A stretch of 30,528 nt of DNA from Armatimonadota bacterium (GCA_037446215.1 JBBIJB010000020.1:1-30528); one strand, 5' to 3'. Counted from the stretch's first letter, positions 9,994 through 18,129 are shown. Program-made: numbers and translations. The notes: generated by a model from the sequence alone, not told the origin.

Positions 9994-10712
9994 CGGGCTC
10001 TCCCCGGCGCCCTGACCGCCCGCAGCGCCATGTGCCGCGCCGCCGACTCGAACAGCGCCAGCCCGTCGGCGGAGCCGAGCAGCGCCTCGGAAGCCCGCTC
10101 CGGATGAGGCATGAGGCCCACGACATTGCCCTCGACGCTCGCCACCCCCGCAACGTTGGCCGCCGACCCGTTCGGGTTTGACTCCTGCGAGGCCAGGCCC
10201 TCCGGGTCGCAGTAGCGGAAGGCGATGCGGCCCCCTTCCTCGAGCGATGCGATCTCCTCGGCCCCGGCCCAGTAGCCGCCCTCGCCGTGCGCGATCGGCA
10301 GATGCAGCAGGTCGCCCCGGCGCATCGACGAGGTGAAGGGCGTCCGCGTGGACTCCACCCGGACCCAGGCCGGCCTGCACCTGAACCGCAGCCCGGCGTT
10401 GCGCATCAGGGTACCCGGCAGCAGCCTGGCCTCGGTGAGTATCTGGAAGCCGTTGCAGATGCCCAGCACCGGCAGCCCTGCGGACGCGAACTCCCTCACC
10501 GCCTCCATGATCGGAGAGGTGGCGGCGACGGCGCCGGTCCGCAGGTAGTCGCCGTAGGAGAATCCCCCGGGCAGCACCAGCGCGTCTATGCCCGCCAGCG
10601 ATCTGTCCTGGTGCCACACCCTCTCGGCGTGGAAGCCGAGCGCGTGGCGAAGCGCGTGCAGGCAGTCACGGTCGCAGTTGGATCCAGGGAAGGTCACGAC
10701 GCCCCAGATCAT
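9990..10712 (-). CDS. purQ: FGAM synthase glutaminase subunit
   Basis: Motifs FPGSNCD, PGGFSYGDYLR, GICNGFQ, AHGEG, NPNGS and MPHPER (Cys-His-Glu triad). Confidence 0.97.
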   Translation of the reverse strand: MIWGVVTFPGSNCDRDCLHALRHALGFHAERVWHQDRSLAGIDALVLPGGFSYGDYLRTGAVAATSPIMEAVREFASAGLPVLGICNGFQILTEARLLPGTLMRNAGLRFRCRPAWVRVESTRTPFTSSMRRGDLLHLPIAHGEGGYWAGAEEIASLEEGGRIAFRYCDPEGLASQESNPNGSAANVAGVASVEGNVVGLMPHPERASEALLGSADGLALFESAARHMALRAVRAPGRAR

Positions 10713-10948
10713 CGCTCCTCCCGCGGCTCCTCGATCCGCCAGGTCTCCACCAGGGGGTTGGCCAGGAACCTCTCGCAGATCTCGTCCAGGCGCGGTCCCA
10801 CTTCCTCCGGAACGCTCAGCTCGAGGACCTTGCCGATCCGGACGCGCTCCACCTCGTACCCGAGCGCCCGCAGGCCCTGCTCGACTGCCTGCCCCGGGGC
10901 ATCCAACACACCGGGCTTCAGCATCACGGTCACGCGGAACACTGCCAT
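10709..10948 (-). CDS. purS: FGAM synthase subunit PurS
   Basis: 79 aa with LKPGVLDAPG, VRIGK and LANPLVE; lies between purC and purQ. Confidence 0.93.
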   Translation of the reverse strand: MAVFRVTVMLKPGVLDAPGQAVEQGLRALGYEVERVRIGKVLELSVPEEVGPRLDEICERFLANPLVETWRIEEPREER

Positions 10949-11848
10949 CTAGGCGATCTCCTTCCCTGTCAGCCGGCGGTAGGTCTCGAGGTAGCGCTCC
11001 CGCGTGGCCTCGACCACCTCCTCGGGGAGCGGCGGCGCCGGGGGCTCATGGTTCCATCCCGTCCTGTTGAGGTAGTCGCGCACATGCTGCTTGTCGAACG
11101 AGACGATCTCGCCCCGGGCGTGGGCTCCGGCGTCCCAGTACCGGGACGAATCCGGTGTCAGCGCCTCGTCTATGAGGATGATCTCCTCGCCACCGGGCCC
11201 GGTCACCGTTCCGAACTCGAACTTGGTATCGGCAAGCACCAGGCCTCGTGCCAGCGCATGGGATCTCGCGTGCGCGTAGAGCGCCAGGGCCGTCCGTCGC
11301 AGCCGCTCGGCCGCCTCACCGCCGACCAGGAGCGCGGCCTCGTCGAATGCGACGTTCCTGTCGTGCCCGCTGCTCGCCTTGGTGGCCGGAGTGAAGATCG
11401 GCTCCGGCAGCTCGGACCCTTTGTGCAGACCCCGCGGCAGGCGGATCCCGCACACCGATCCCGACTCCCCGTACTCGGCCCATCCCGATCCGGCGAGATA
11501 CCCCCTTACGACGCACTCGAGGTCGATGCGCCGCGCCCTGCGTGCCAGCATGCACCTGCCCTCCAGCCCCCGCGCGTGGCTGGATATCTCCGGAGGCATC
11601 CGGGAGGGCTCCATTTCCACCATGTGGTTTGGGATGATGGCCTCGGTCTGCTCGAACCAGAAGGCCGAGAGCATCGTGAGCACCCGGCCCTTGCCCGGCA
11701 CCGGCGTCGGCAGGATGTGGTCGAACGCGGAGATCCGGTCCGTAGCCACGATCAGGAGGTCCTCGCCGATCGAGTAGACGTCACGCACCTTGCCGCGCGA
11801 CAGCAGGGGGAGCGGCAGCGCCGTCGTCGTGACGGCCTCCTCTGTCAC
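10949..11848 (-). CDS. purC: SAICAR synthetase
   Basis: Motifs GKVRDVY, TDRISAFD, ECVVRGYLAGSG, FTPATK, ADTKFEFG, DEALTPDSSR and SFDKQ. Confidence 0.96.
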   Translation of the reverse strand: MTEEAVTTTALPLPLLSRGKVRDVYSIGEDLLIVATDRISAFDHILPTPVPGKGRVLTMLSAFWFEQTEAIIPNHMVEMEPSRMPPEISSHARGLEGRCMLARRARRIDLECVVRGYLAGSGWAEYGESGSVCGIRLPRGLHKGSELPEPIFTPATKASSGHDRNVAFDEAALLVGGEAAERLRRTALALYAHARSHALARGLVLADTKFEFGTVTGPGGEEIILIDEALTPDSSRYWDAGAHARGEIVSFDKQHVRDYLNRTGWNHEPPAPPLPEEVVEATRERYLETYRRLTGKEIA

Positions 11849-13149
11849 GGGCCTACGCCTCCCGGCGGATCCGCCGCGGCAAGCAGCCTGGCGCCGATGT
11901 CGCCGCGGAACTGCACGCCGTCGAACCGGGCCTGACCCGCGGCCCGGTACGCGAGCTCCCTTGCCCCCTCCAGGTTCGAGCCCACTCCCACGATCGTGAG
12001 CACGCGGCCTCCCGAGGTTACGAGACGACCATCCCGCTCCGCCGTGCCGCCTTGGAAGACGAGGGCATCCCGCCCCGCCTCCTCCAGTCCTTCGATAGGC
12101 GTTCCCGTCCGGGGCGATCCCGGATAGCCCGGCGCCGCCAGCACGATGGCGAGGGAGGCGCGGCCGACATCTCCTCCGGCCGTCGTAGGGACGGCGCGGC
12201 CCTCTCGCAGCTCCACGAAGGCGTCGATCATGCTGAACTCCAACAGGGGCAGTATCGCCTGGGCTTCCGGGTCGCCCAGGCGGCAGTTGAACTCCAGCAC
12301 CATGGGCCCGCTACGCGTCAGCATCAGTCCCACGAACAGCACCCCGCTGTAGGGGCGGCCCGCAGCGCACATCGCGCTCGCGATCGGCCCGACGATCTCG
12401 CGCCCTATCCGATCCCGCAGATCGGCCGGGAGTGGGAAGGGGGCCGCGGCCCCCATTCCGCCCGTGTTGGGTCCGCGGTCCCCATCGTAGGCCCGCTTGT
12501 GATCCTGGGCCGCGGGGAGCATCACGAACGCCTCGCCGTGCACGAGCGCGAAGACGCTGACCTCCTCGCCCTCCAGCCGGCGCTCGACGACGACCCGGCG
12601 GCCCGCCTCTCCAAACGCGCCTCCTGCAAGCATTGCCCGCGCAGCGGCGGAGGCCTCCCTTGGGCCGTCGCAGACGAAGACGCCCTTGCCCGAGGCGAGC
12701 CCATCGGCCTTCACAACGAGGGGTCCGGAGGCGCTCTCGATGTATTCGGTCGCGAGATCCGGGTCGTCGAAGGTGGCGTGCTCGGCGGTCGGGACGCCCG
12801 TCCTCCGCATCAGCTCCTTCGCGAACGCCTTGCTGCCTTCCAGCTCCGCCGCCTTGGCGCTGGGTCCGAGGATCGACAGCCCGCGCTCGCCTAGGCGGTC
12901 GCCTATGCCGGCCACGAGCGGCGCCTCCGGGCCCACTATGGTAAGTCCCGCGTCGATCGAGGAGGCGGCAGCCGCCAGCCCCTCGACATCGGAGAGGGCT
13001 ACGGAGATGCAGGTGGCCAGGCGGGATATCCCTGGGTTTCCCGGAGCGCAGAAGATCTCCAGCCCGGGGTGGAATCTGCGGATGTGCCACACGAGCGCAT
13101 GCTCCCGGCCCCCACCGCCGATGACGAAGCATGAACCGGGATTCCGCAT
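11845..13149 (-). CDS. purD: Phosphoribosylamine--glycine ligase
   Basis: Motifs IGGGGREHAL, APGNPG, VGPEAPL, LEGSKAFAK, KADGLASGKGV, QDHKR, GPNTGGMGA and EFNCRLGDPE. Start moved to ATG 13149, which has AAAGG upstream. Confidence 0.95.
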   Translation of the reverse strand: MRNPGSCFVIGGGGREHALVWHIRRFHPGLEIFCAPGNPGISRLATCISVALSDVEGLAAAASSIDAGLTIVGPEAPLVAGIGDRLGERGLSILGPSAKAAELEGSKAFAKELMRRTGVPTAEHATFDDPDLATEYIESASGPLVVKADGLASGKGVFVCDGPREASAAARAMLAGGAFGEAGRRVVVERRLEGEEVSVFALVHGEAFVMLPAAQDHKRAYDGDRGPNTGGMGAAAPFPLPADLRDRIGREIVGPIASAMCAAGRPYSGVLFVGLMLTRSGPMVLEFNCRLGDPEAQAILPLLEFSMIDAFVELREGRAVPTTAGGDVGRASLAIVLAAPGYPGSPRTGTPIEGLEEAGRDALVFQGGTAERDGRLVTSGGRVLTIVGVGSNLEGARELAYRAAGQARFDGVQFRGDIGARLLAAADPPGGVGP

Positions 13150-13207
13150 CAGATATGCCTTTGTCGGTACGCCCTTGCCGGGGAAGGTGGCGCGGTCCTT
13201 GCACCCC

Positions 13208-13236
13208 ACGCTACCACAACCTGTGGGTAGGGACAA
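13208..13236 (-). promoter_or_regulatory. Putative sigma70-type promoter of the purD operon
   Basis: Minus strand reads TTGTCC-17 nt-TAGCGT with a TGn extension, about 60 nt upstream of the purD ATG. Confidence 0.55.
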
Positions 13237-13288
13237 GCGGACCGGATACAATCCGTGGGGCCGTGGTCTGCCCTGTGGTTGGGCTGCC

Positions 13289-13852
13289 CTAGTCGGTGTT
13301 GAGGAGCCTGACCCGGCCCGGAGGCCAGTAGATGAGGGCCGCCCTGCCCACTATCTCTCTCCTGGCCAGGAACCCGAACGCCCGGCTGTCTTCGCTGTTG
13401 TTGCGGTTGTCGCCGAGCACGAAGACCGAGTCCGCCGGCACCGCCTCAGGTCCGTAGCTACCCGTGGGGGTGCCGCCGATGTACACCTCTTCGACCGGCC
13501 GCCCGTTCACCACCAGGTGGCCGTCCCTTATCTCAACCAGATCCCCGGGCAGCGCCACGATGCGCTTGATGTAGTTGCGGTGGGGATCGCGGGGATAGCG
13601 CAGCACGACGATGTCGCCGCGCGCCGGCTCCCGGAACCTGTACAGCAGCCTGTTGACGATCACGCGGTCGTGCGGGAGCAGGGTGGGCTCCATCGAGTAC
13701 TGTTCCACCTGGAACGCCTGCGCGACGGAGACCATCACGACCTGCGCCAGCAGGAACGCCACAAGGAGGGTCCTTGCGAAGTCGAATAGCGTGCGCCCTG
13801 TCCGGCGCCAGTCTATGGGGAGCTCTGCGAAGCGCTCTCGGAGGTTCTTCAT
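13289..13852 (-). CDS. lepB: Signal peptidase I
   Basis: One N-terminal TM segment, catalytic Ser in YSMEPTL, catalytic Lys in YIKRIVALPGD, and GDNRNNSEDSR. Start is ATG 13852 or ATG 13873. Confidence 0.93.
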   Translation of the reverse strand: MKNLRERFAELPIDWRRTGRTLFDFARTLLVAFLLAQVVMVSVAQAFQVEQYSMEPTLLPHDRVIVNRLLYRFREPARGDIVVLRYPRDPHRNYIKRIVALPGDLVEIRDGHLVVNGRPVEEVYIGGTPTGSYGPEAVPADSVFVLGDNRNNSEDSRAFGFLARREIVGRAALIYWPPGRVRLLNTD

Positions 13853-13879
13853 GACCCGGCCCGATCTGAGCATGAGACG

Positions 13880-13974
13880 TGGCGGAGGGGGTGGGATTTG
13901 AACCCACGAGGCAGGTTTGTAGCCCGCCTACACGCTCTCCAGGCGTGCCGATTCAGCCGCTCTCGCACCCCTCC
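13880..13974 (-). tRNA. tRNA-Ser (anticodon GGA)
   Basis: GGAGGGG/CCCCTCC acceptor stem, G discriminator and encoded CCA; anticodon arm CACGC-CTGGAGA-GCGTG; long variable arm; T arm GTGGG-TTCAAAT-CCCAC. Confidence 0.97.
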
Positions 13975-13989
13975 TCGCCGCCACTGCAG

Positions 13990-14018
13990 AGTATACCGGT
14001 TTTTCGTAGAGATGGCAC
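13990..14018 (-). promoter_or_regulatory. Putative promoter of tRNA-Ser(GGA)
   Basis: Minus strand reads GTGCCA-17 nt-TATACT, ending 15 nt before the tRNA 5' end. Confidence 0.6.
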
Positions 14019-14038
14019 GGTAGGCCCGGCCGCCCGCT

Positions 14039-14743
14039 CTACCGATGCCTCCCCGGGCCCGGGTCCTTGGAGGGAAACCTGTAGCCGAAGCCCCGGGCCG
14101 TCACTATGATCCTTGGCTCTGCCGGGTCGCGCTCGATCTTGCCCCGCAGCATGTGAACGTACTTCTTCACGTCCTCCACGGCCCCGGCCTCACGCTCCGG
14201 CCAGATCGCAGCGAGGATCTCGTCCGTCGAGAAGACCCTTCCGGGCCTGGATGCCAGCAGGCGCAGCAGCTCGTACTCCTTGGGCGAGAGGGAGACGGGC
14301 TCACCCCTCACCCGGACCTCCTTGCGCTCGTCGTCTATTGTGACCTCGGCCGTGCGGATCAGCGAGCCCGGCTCCCGCCCGCCGGCCTGGTAGCGACGCC
14401 GTACCGCGTAAATGCGTGCTTCCAGCTCGCGGAGGTCAAACGGCTTCGTGATGTAGTCGTCTGCGCCGAGATCGAGGCCGGTGACCTTGTCCTGGGCGGA
14501 GTCACGCGCGGTTACCATTATCACCGGGGCCTTGCTGAACCCGCGCAGCGCCTCGAGGACCGCCCACCCGTCCATCACGGGGAGGTTGACGTCTAGGAGC
14601 ACCAGGTCGGGCTCGGAGGCGGCCGCCGACTCCAGGGCGCTGTTGCCGTCTCCGGCCGCCGCGACCTCGAACCCCTTCGCGCCGAGGTACTTCACCAGCA
14701 GGCTCCTGGAGCGGGGGTCGTCCTCCACCACGAGGATCTTCAC
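14039..14743 (-). CDS. OmpR/PhoB-family response regulator
   Basis: Receiver domain (ILVVEDD, LVLLDVNLP, GADDYITKPF) plus winged helix (LSPKEYELL, LRGKIE, IVTARGFGY). Confidence 0.95.
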   Translation of the reverse strand: MKILVVEDDPRSRSLLVKYLGAKGFEVAAAGDGNSALESAAASEPDLVLLDVNLPVMDGWAVLEALRGFSKAPVIMVTARDSAQDKVTGLDLGADDYITKPFDLRELEARIYAVRRRYQAGGREPGSLIRTAEVTIDDERKEVRVRGEPVSLSPKEYELLRLLASRPGRVFSTDEILAAIWPEREAGAVEDVKKYVHMLRGKIERDPAEPRIIVTARGFGYRFPSKDPGPGRHR

Positions 14744-14755
14744 CTCAGAGCCACC

Positions 14756-16216
14756 TCACTCATCCCCTGACGGCAGGGCCACGTAGAACGTCGTACCCGA
14801 ACCGCCTCCGCTCTCAAACCAGATCCTCCCGCCGTGCAGCTCGACATAGCGCCTGGCCACCGCCAACCCGAGCCCGATGCCGTCGATCTCCTTCCTGCCG
14901 GCGTGGCCCGCCCTCCGGAACGGTTCGAAGACCTCGCTCTCGTGCCCGGGCGCTATCCCGGGTCCGGTGTCGGCGATCTCGAAAACCACCTCGCCCCCCT
15001 GACGCTCCGCGCTGACCGCTATCTGGCCCTCATCGGTGTACTTGATCGCGTTGTGCAGGAGGTTGATGAGTATCTGCCTTACCATGGTCTCGTCGGCCCG
15101 CAGGAGGGGTGCTCCCTCCACGCGGAGCGCAATAGGAAGCCCCTTCTGCCGGGCCAGATGCGCGACGTTCTTCCGCGACTGCTCCACTACCGCCGCCACG
15201 TCCACCTCGGCACGCTGCGGTGAGGCTCCCCCGGCCTCCAGCGCCGAGTAGCGCAGGATGCCCTCGATGAGGTGGAGGAGGTGGTCCCCAGCACCCAGCA
15301 GCGCCTCGAGATCCCCGCGCTGCGCCTCCGTCAGAGGGCCGTCGATCTCCTCGAGCAGCAGTTGAGCATAGGCCCTGACCGCGTGCAGGGGCGTCTTGAG
15401 TTCGTGGCTCATGGCGGCTGAGAAGGCGTCCTTGACGCGGTTCGCCTTCCGGAGTTCCTCGTTGACCCTGGCAAGCTCGCGGTCGCGGGCCTCGATCGAG
15501 CCGGCCATCGCGTTGAACTCCCCTGCCAGCAGTTCGAGCTCGTCGCCGCCGTGGACCCGGACGCGCGCGGAGTAGTCCCCTTTGCGCATGTTCCTTATCG
15601 CTGCGACCAGGCGGTCGAGCGGTCCGAGGACCGCCCGCTGCAGCAGGAAGGCAAGGCCGACGCCCGTAGCGGCCAGCGCGAGGCTCGCGGCGAGCACCAC
15701 CCATGTTTCGGACCGGATCCGCGCATGGACGTCCGCGAGCGGGAACCCGATCCGGACGTAGGTCTGGCTCTCGAGCGGAAACTCGGGTATCGCCCTAAGC
15801 AGCTCGAGGTACGGGATCCCGGACGGCGTCTCGCGCATCTCGACCAGGAACGGCCGCGTTAGGACCGGCGCGGCCGTCTCCGACAGCGCCGGTATCTCGG
15901 GTGCGACGCCCGGTCTCGTGTCTGCGAACCTCACCCTGCCCTCGCGCACTATCTGCGCGTAGAGGACGGTGCCGGCGACCAGCCGCCGCGTGATCCTGCT
16001 GGTCGTCGCCGCCTCGGACTGACCCTCCGGGGTGACGATGAACCGGGATGCCTCGCGGGCGAACTCCTCCGCGACGACCTTGGCCCTTATCCTCACCTGC
16101 TCGCCGAGGGCGTGCCGTAGGCGGTAGGCGGCGAGCCCTCCGAAGGTGGCCGCGAAGAGCACCGCCAGCCCCGCGAACGCGAGGACGAACTTGCCTCTGA
16201 GGCTTCGCCGGATCAC
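14756..16216 (-). CDS. Membrane sensor histidine kinase (2 TM, extracytoplasmic domain, HAMP, HisKA, HATPase)
   Basis: H box SHELKTPL, N box NLLHNAIKYT, G1 DTGPGI, G2 GIGLGL, and HAMP DELELLAGEFNAM. Start set at GTG 16216. Confidence 0.93.
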   Translation of the reverse strand: MIRRSLRGKFVLAFAGLAVLFAATFGGLAAYRLRHALGEQVRIRAKVVAEEFAREASRFIVTPEGQSEAATTSRITRRLVAGTVLYAQIVREGRVRFADTRPGVAPEIPALSETAAPVLTRPFLVEMRETPSGIPYLELLRAIPEFPLESQTYVRIGFPLADVHARIRSETWVVLAASLALAATGVGLAFLLQRAVLGPLDRLVAAIRNMRKGDYSARVRVHGGDELELLAGEFNAMAGSIEARDRELARVNEELRKANRVKDAFSAAMSHELKTPLHAVRAYAQLLLEEIDGPLTEAQRGDLEALLGAGDHLLHLIEGILRYSALEAGGASPQRAEVDVAAVVEQSRKNVAHLARQKGLPIALRVEGAPLLRADETMVRQILINLLHNAIKYTDEGQIAVSAERQGGEVVFEIADTGPGIAPGHESEVFEPFRRAGHAGRKEIDGIGLGLAVARRYVELHGGRIWFESGGGSGTTFYVALPSGDE

Positions 16217-16222
16217 GTCGCT

Positions 16223-16250
16223 AGTATACCGCCAGCGCACCAGGCGCCAA
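16223..16250 (-). promoter_or_regulatory. Putative promoter giving a leaderless kinase mRNA
   Basis: Minus strand reads TTGGCG-16 nt-TATACT, then 6 nt, then GTG. No SD-like sequence is present. Confidence 0.55.
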
Positions 16251-16269
16251 CCGCCCCCTCACATAGGGA

Positions 16270-16295
16270 GGGAGGCGCCTGCCTCGGCGCCTCCC
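16270..16295 (-). terminator. GC-rich hairpin, possible terminator or 3' stabiliser after the hypothetical gene
   Basis: Perfect 10-bp inverted repeat GGGAGGCGCC-6 nt-GGCGCCTCCC; no clear U-tract. Confidence 0.5.
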
Positions 16296-16325
16296 AACCC
16301 ATCGGGCGCGGCCCGCGGGACCGCC

Positions 16326-17225
16326 CTAGCGGCTGAGCGCGATCTGGATGATCTTCTTCACCGAATCGAGGGTTCGGAGCACGGACTCCATCGTCTGCAC
16401 GGCCTGGTCGGAGGCGCTGTTCGCGTCCCCGTTGCTCTCCATCGGCGAGACCGTGGGCCTGCCGGCGATCATGCCGAGCGCCTCGACCGACTGGCGCAGC
16501 GCGCGGGAGACGAGGTCTGCCGCCTGCTCCTCGGGGCGCATCCCGCGCGTCCCGAGCACGCCGGCCTGGCCGACGATCGAGGCGATCTCATAGGCGCCCG
16601 ACGGCGGCACCGGCTGCGCAGGGGTACCGGCTGTGCCCGCCTGGGCGGTCAGCTCCGCCTGCTTTCTGGCATGAGCCTCCAGTTGCCGCTGCACCGCCGC
16701 AACCCACTGCACCTCGGCGGCCTCGCGGACGACCCTAGCCTCGACGAGCAGCGGCCGCACGCCCCTGTGGCCGTTGGCCGCCGCAACGCGGTAGGCGGGG
16801 TCACCGGCTCCTGCCAGGATGTTGATCGTCTCCTGGATGTAACGCGCCTGCGCGTCCGCGTCGAGCGCTGTGACCGCGAGCTTCGCCTGTGCCATCGCAC
16901 GCTCGACCTCGGCCGAGGCCTGGGTCAGCGCGGATCTGTCCACTACCAGCTCGGGAAGCGGTTCGTCGTCTGGCGCCGCCTGGTCGGTCTGCTGCGCCGC
17001 CGACTCCGTCCGCGTCGGGGTGGTGCTCTGCACCACCAGTGTCCTCTTCGCCTGCTCCTCGTCTGAGGGCGCGGCCACCACGGTGACCTGGTCCGGCTCC
17101 TCCTCGGGGTTGGTGGCCGAGGGGACCGGCAACTGCGTCAGGCCGCTCAGGGCCAGGGCCCCGCTGGCCAGGATCGCTATCGGTACGAGCGCGAGCAGGG
17201 TCCTCTTCGTGATTGCGCCGAACAT
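16326..17225 (-). CDS. Hypothetical exported or membrane-anchored Ala/Gln-rich helical protein
   Basis: Strong SD GGAGGT before ATG 17225; N-terminal KR followed by a hydrophobic stretch; acidic Pro/Thr linker; predicted amphipathic helices. Confidence 0.8.
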   Translation of the reverse strand: MFGAITKRTLLALVPIAILASGALALSGLTQLPVPSATNPEEEPDQVTVVAAPSDEEQAKRTLVVQSTTPTRTESAAQQTDQAAPDDEPLPELVVDRSALTQASAEVERAMAQAKLAVTALDADAQARYIQETINILAGAGDPAYRVAAANGHRGVRPLLVEARVVREAAEVQWVAAVQRQLEAHARKQAELTAQAGTAGTPAQPVPPSGAYEIASIVGQAGVLGTRGMRPEEQAADLVSRALRQSVEALGMIAGRPTVSPMESNGDANSASDQAVQTMESVLRTLDSVKKIIQIALSR

Positions 17226-17326
17226 CCAGCCCACCTCCACAGAGCGCGTGTAGACTCTGCGGCCAGGGTGCCACGGCCGCTGCCGGCCCACCATGCCGGC
17301 GGGGTCCCATTAAGGTTGAAATCCGG

Positions 17327-17968
17327 TCAGGGCTGCAGTGCGGCAGCCCAGGCGCCGCCCAGAGCGAAGACGGCGAATGCCAGGATGATGGTACCCGAGA
17401 TCCAGTTGACGGCCCGCAGTTGGACGCTCCCAACCCTGGGCCGCAGCAGGCTCACGCCACCGCTGAGGAGCAGCCACCAGAGCGAAGAGCCGATCACCAC
17501 GCCCGCCACCATCGCCGCGGCGCGGGCGTAGTCCCCGCCCGTATCGCCCATCCCGAGCCCGGCGAAGATCGCGACGAAGGAGAGCACCGTGAGCGGATTC
17601 GTGATGGTAAGCAGGAAGGTCGAAAGGTAGTCGCCGAGGAGATTGCCGCCTCCGCCCCGACCGCCACCGCGCTCCCCCTCGGACGGCCTCGACGTCACGG
17701 TCCTGACGCCGAGGTACAGGAGGAAGAGGCCGCCGACCGCGCGCAGCCAGAACTGCTGCCCGACGAGGAACCCGGAGATCCCCGTGAGCCCAAACGCCGC
17801 GACCGCTCCGTAGAAGCCGTCCGCGGTCGCCGCGCCCAGCCCGGAGAGCAGGCCCGAAGCCCTACCGTTGGCCAGCGTCCGCCTAATGCAGAGCGCGCCG
17901 ATCGGCCCAACCGGCGCCGCGATGGAGAAGCCCAGCAGCAGTCCTTTGAGCAGGAAGCCGCCTGTCAT
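17327..17968 (-). CDS. LysE/RhtB-family exporter
   Basis: Motifs GFSIAAPVGPIG, GLGAATADG and FLLTITNP; about 6 hydrophobic segments; 213 aa. Confidence 0.92.
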   Translation of the reverse strand: MTGGFLLKGLLLGFSIAAPVGPIGALCIRRTLANGRASGLLSGLGAATADGFYGAVAAFGLTGISGFLVGQQFWLRAVGGLFLLYLGVRTVTSRPSEGERGGGRGGGGNLLGDYLSTFLLTITNPLTVLSFVAIFAGLGMGDTGGDYARAAAMVAGVVIGSSLWWLLLSGGVSLLRPRVGSVQLRAVNWISGTIILAFAVFALGGAWAAALQP

Positions 17969-18031
17969 CTCAGGTCACGCGCGGGGTCGCGGCCACTGGA
18001 GTCATACGGGGGTGGTCGGATCGTCAGATGG

Positions 18032-18121
18032 TGGCGGAGGAGGTGGGATTTGAACCCACGAGGCGCGAAAGCGCCCAACGGTTTTCGAGACCGTCCGGGT
18101 ACCGGGCTCCCGAACTCCTCC
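18032..18121 (-). tRNA. tRNA-Ser (anticodon CGA)
   Basis: GGAGGAG/CTCCTCC acceptor stem with GCCA end; anticodon arm ACGGT-CTCGAAA-ACCGT; variable arm GGCGC-TTTC-GCGCC; T loop TTCAAAT. Confidence 0.95.
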
Positions 18122-18129
18122 AGAACTCA

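Noticed and set aside
7714..10153. Long antisense and alternative-frame ORFs (452 aa, 552 aa, and similar ones at 19362-20855 and 21204-22595)
   Set aside because: They are Arg/Pro/Gly-rich with no motifs and overlap well-supported genes, as expected from stop-codon scarcity at high GC.
3106..10617. Apparent long N-terminal extensions or fusions of PurH, PurN, PurM and PurL in the ORF track
   Set aside because: The extensions are off-frame readings of the upstream pur gene. PurN, PurM and PurL starts overlap the upstream stop (ATGA/GTGA), and PurH starts near the end of purN.
13150..13207. Purine, ZTP or PRPP riboswitch in the purD leader
   Set aside because: The predicted leader is only about 50 nt with one weak stem and none of the conserved aptamer cores I can recognise.
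17258..17273. Sigma54-like TGGCAC-N5-CCGCA upstream of the hypothetical gene
   Set aside because: It lacks the TTGC of the -12 element, GG-N10-GC is frequent at this GC content, and the adjacent regulator is OmpR-type rather than an enhancer-binding protein.
13880..18064. Active integrative element or prophage bounded by att sites
   Set aside because: No integrase or mobility genes are present and both repeats are parts of full-length tRNAs. Kept only as a weak finding.
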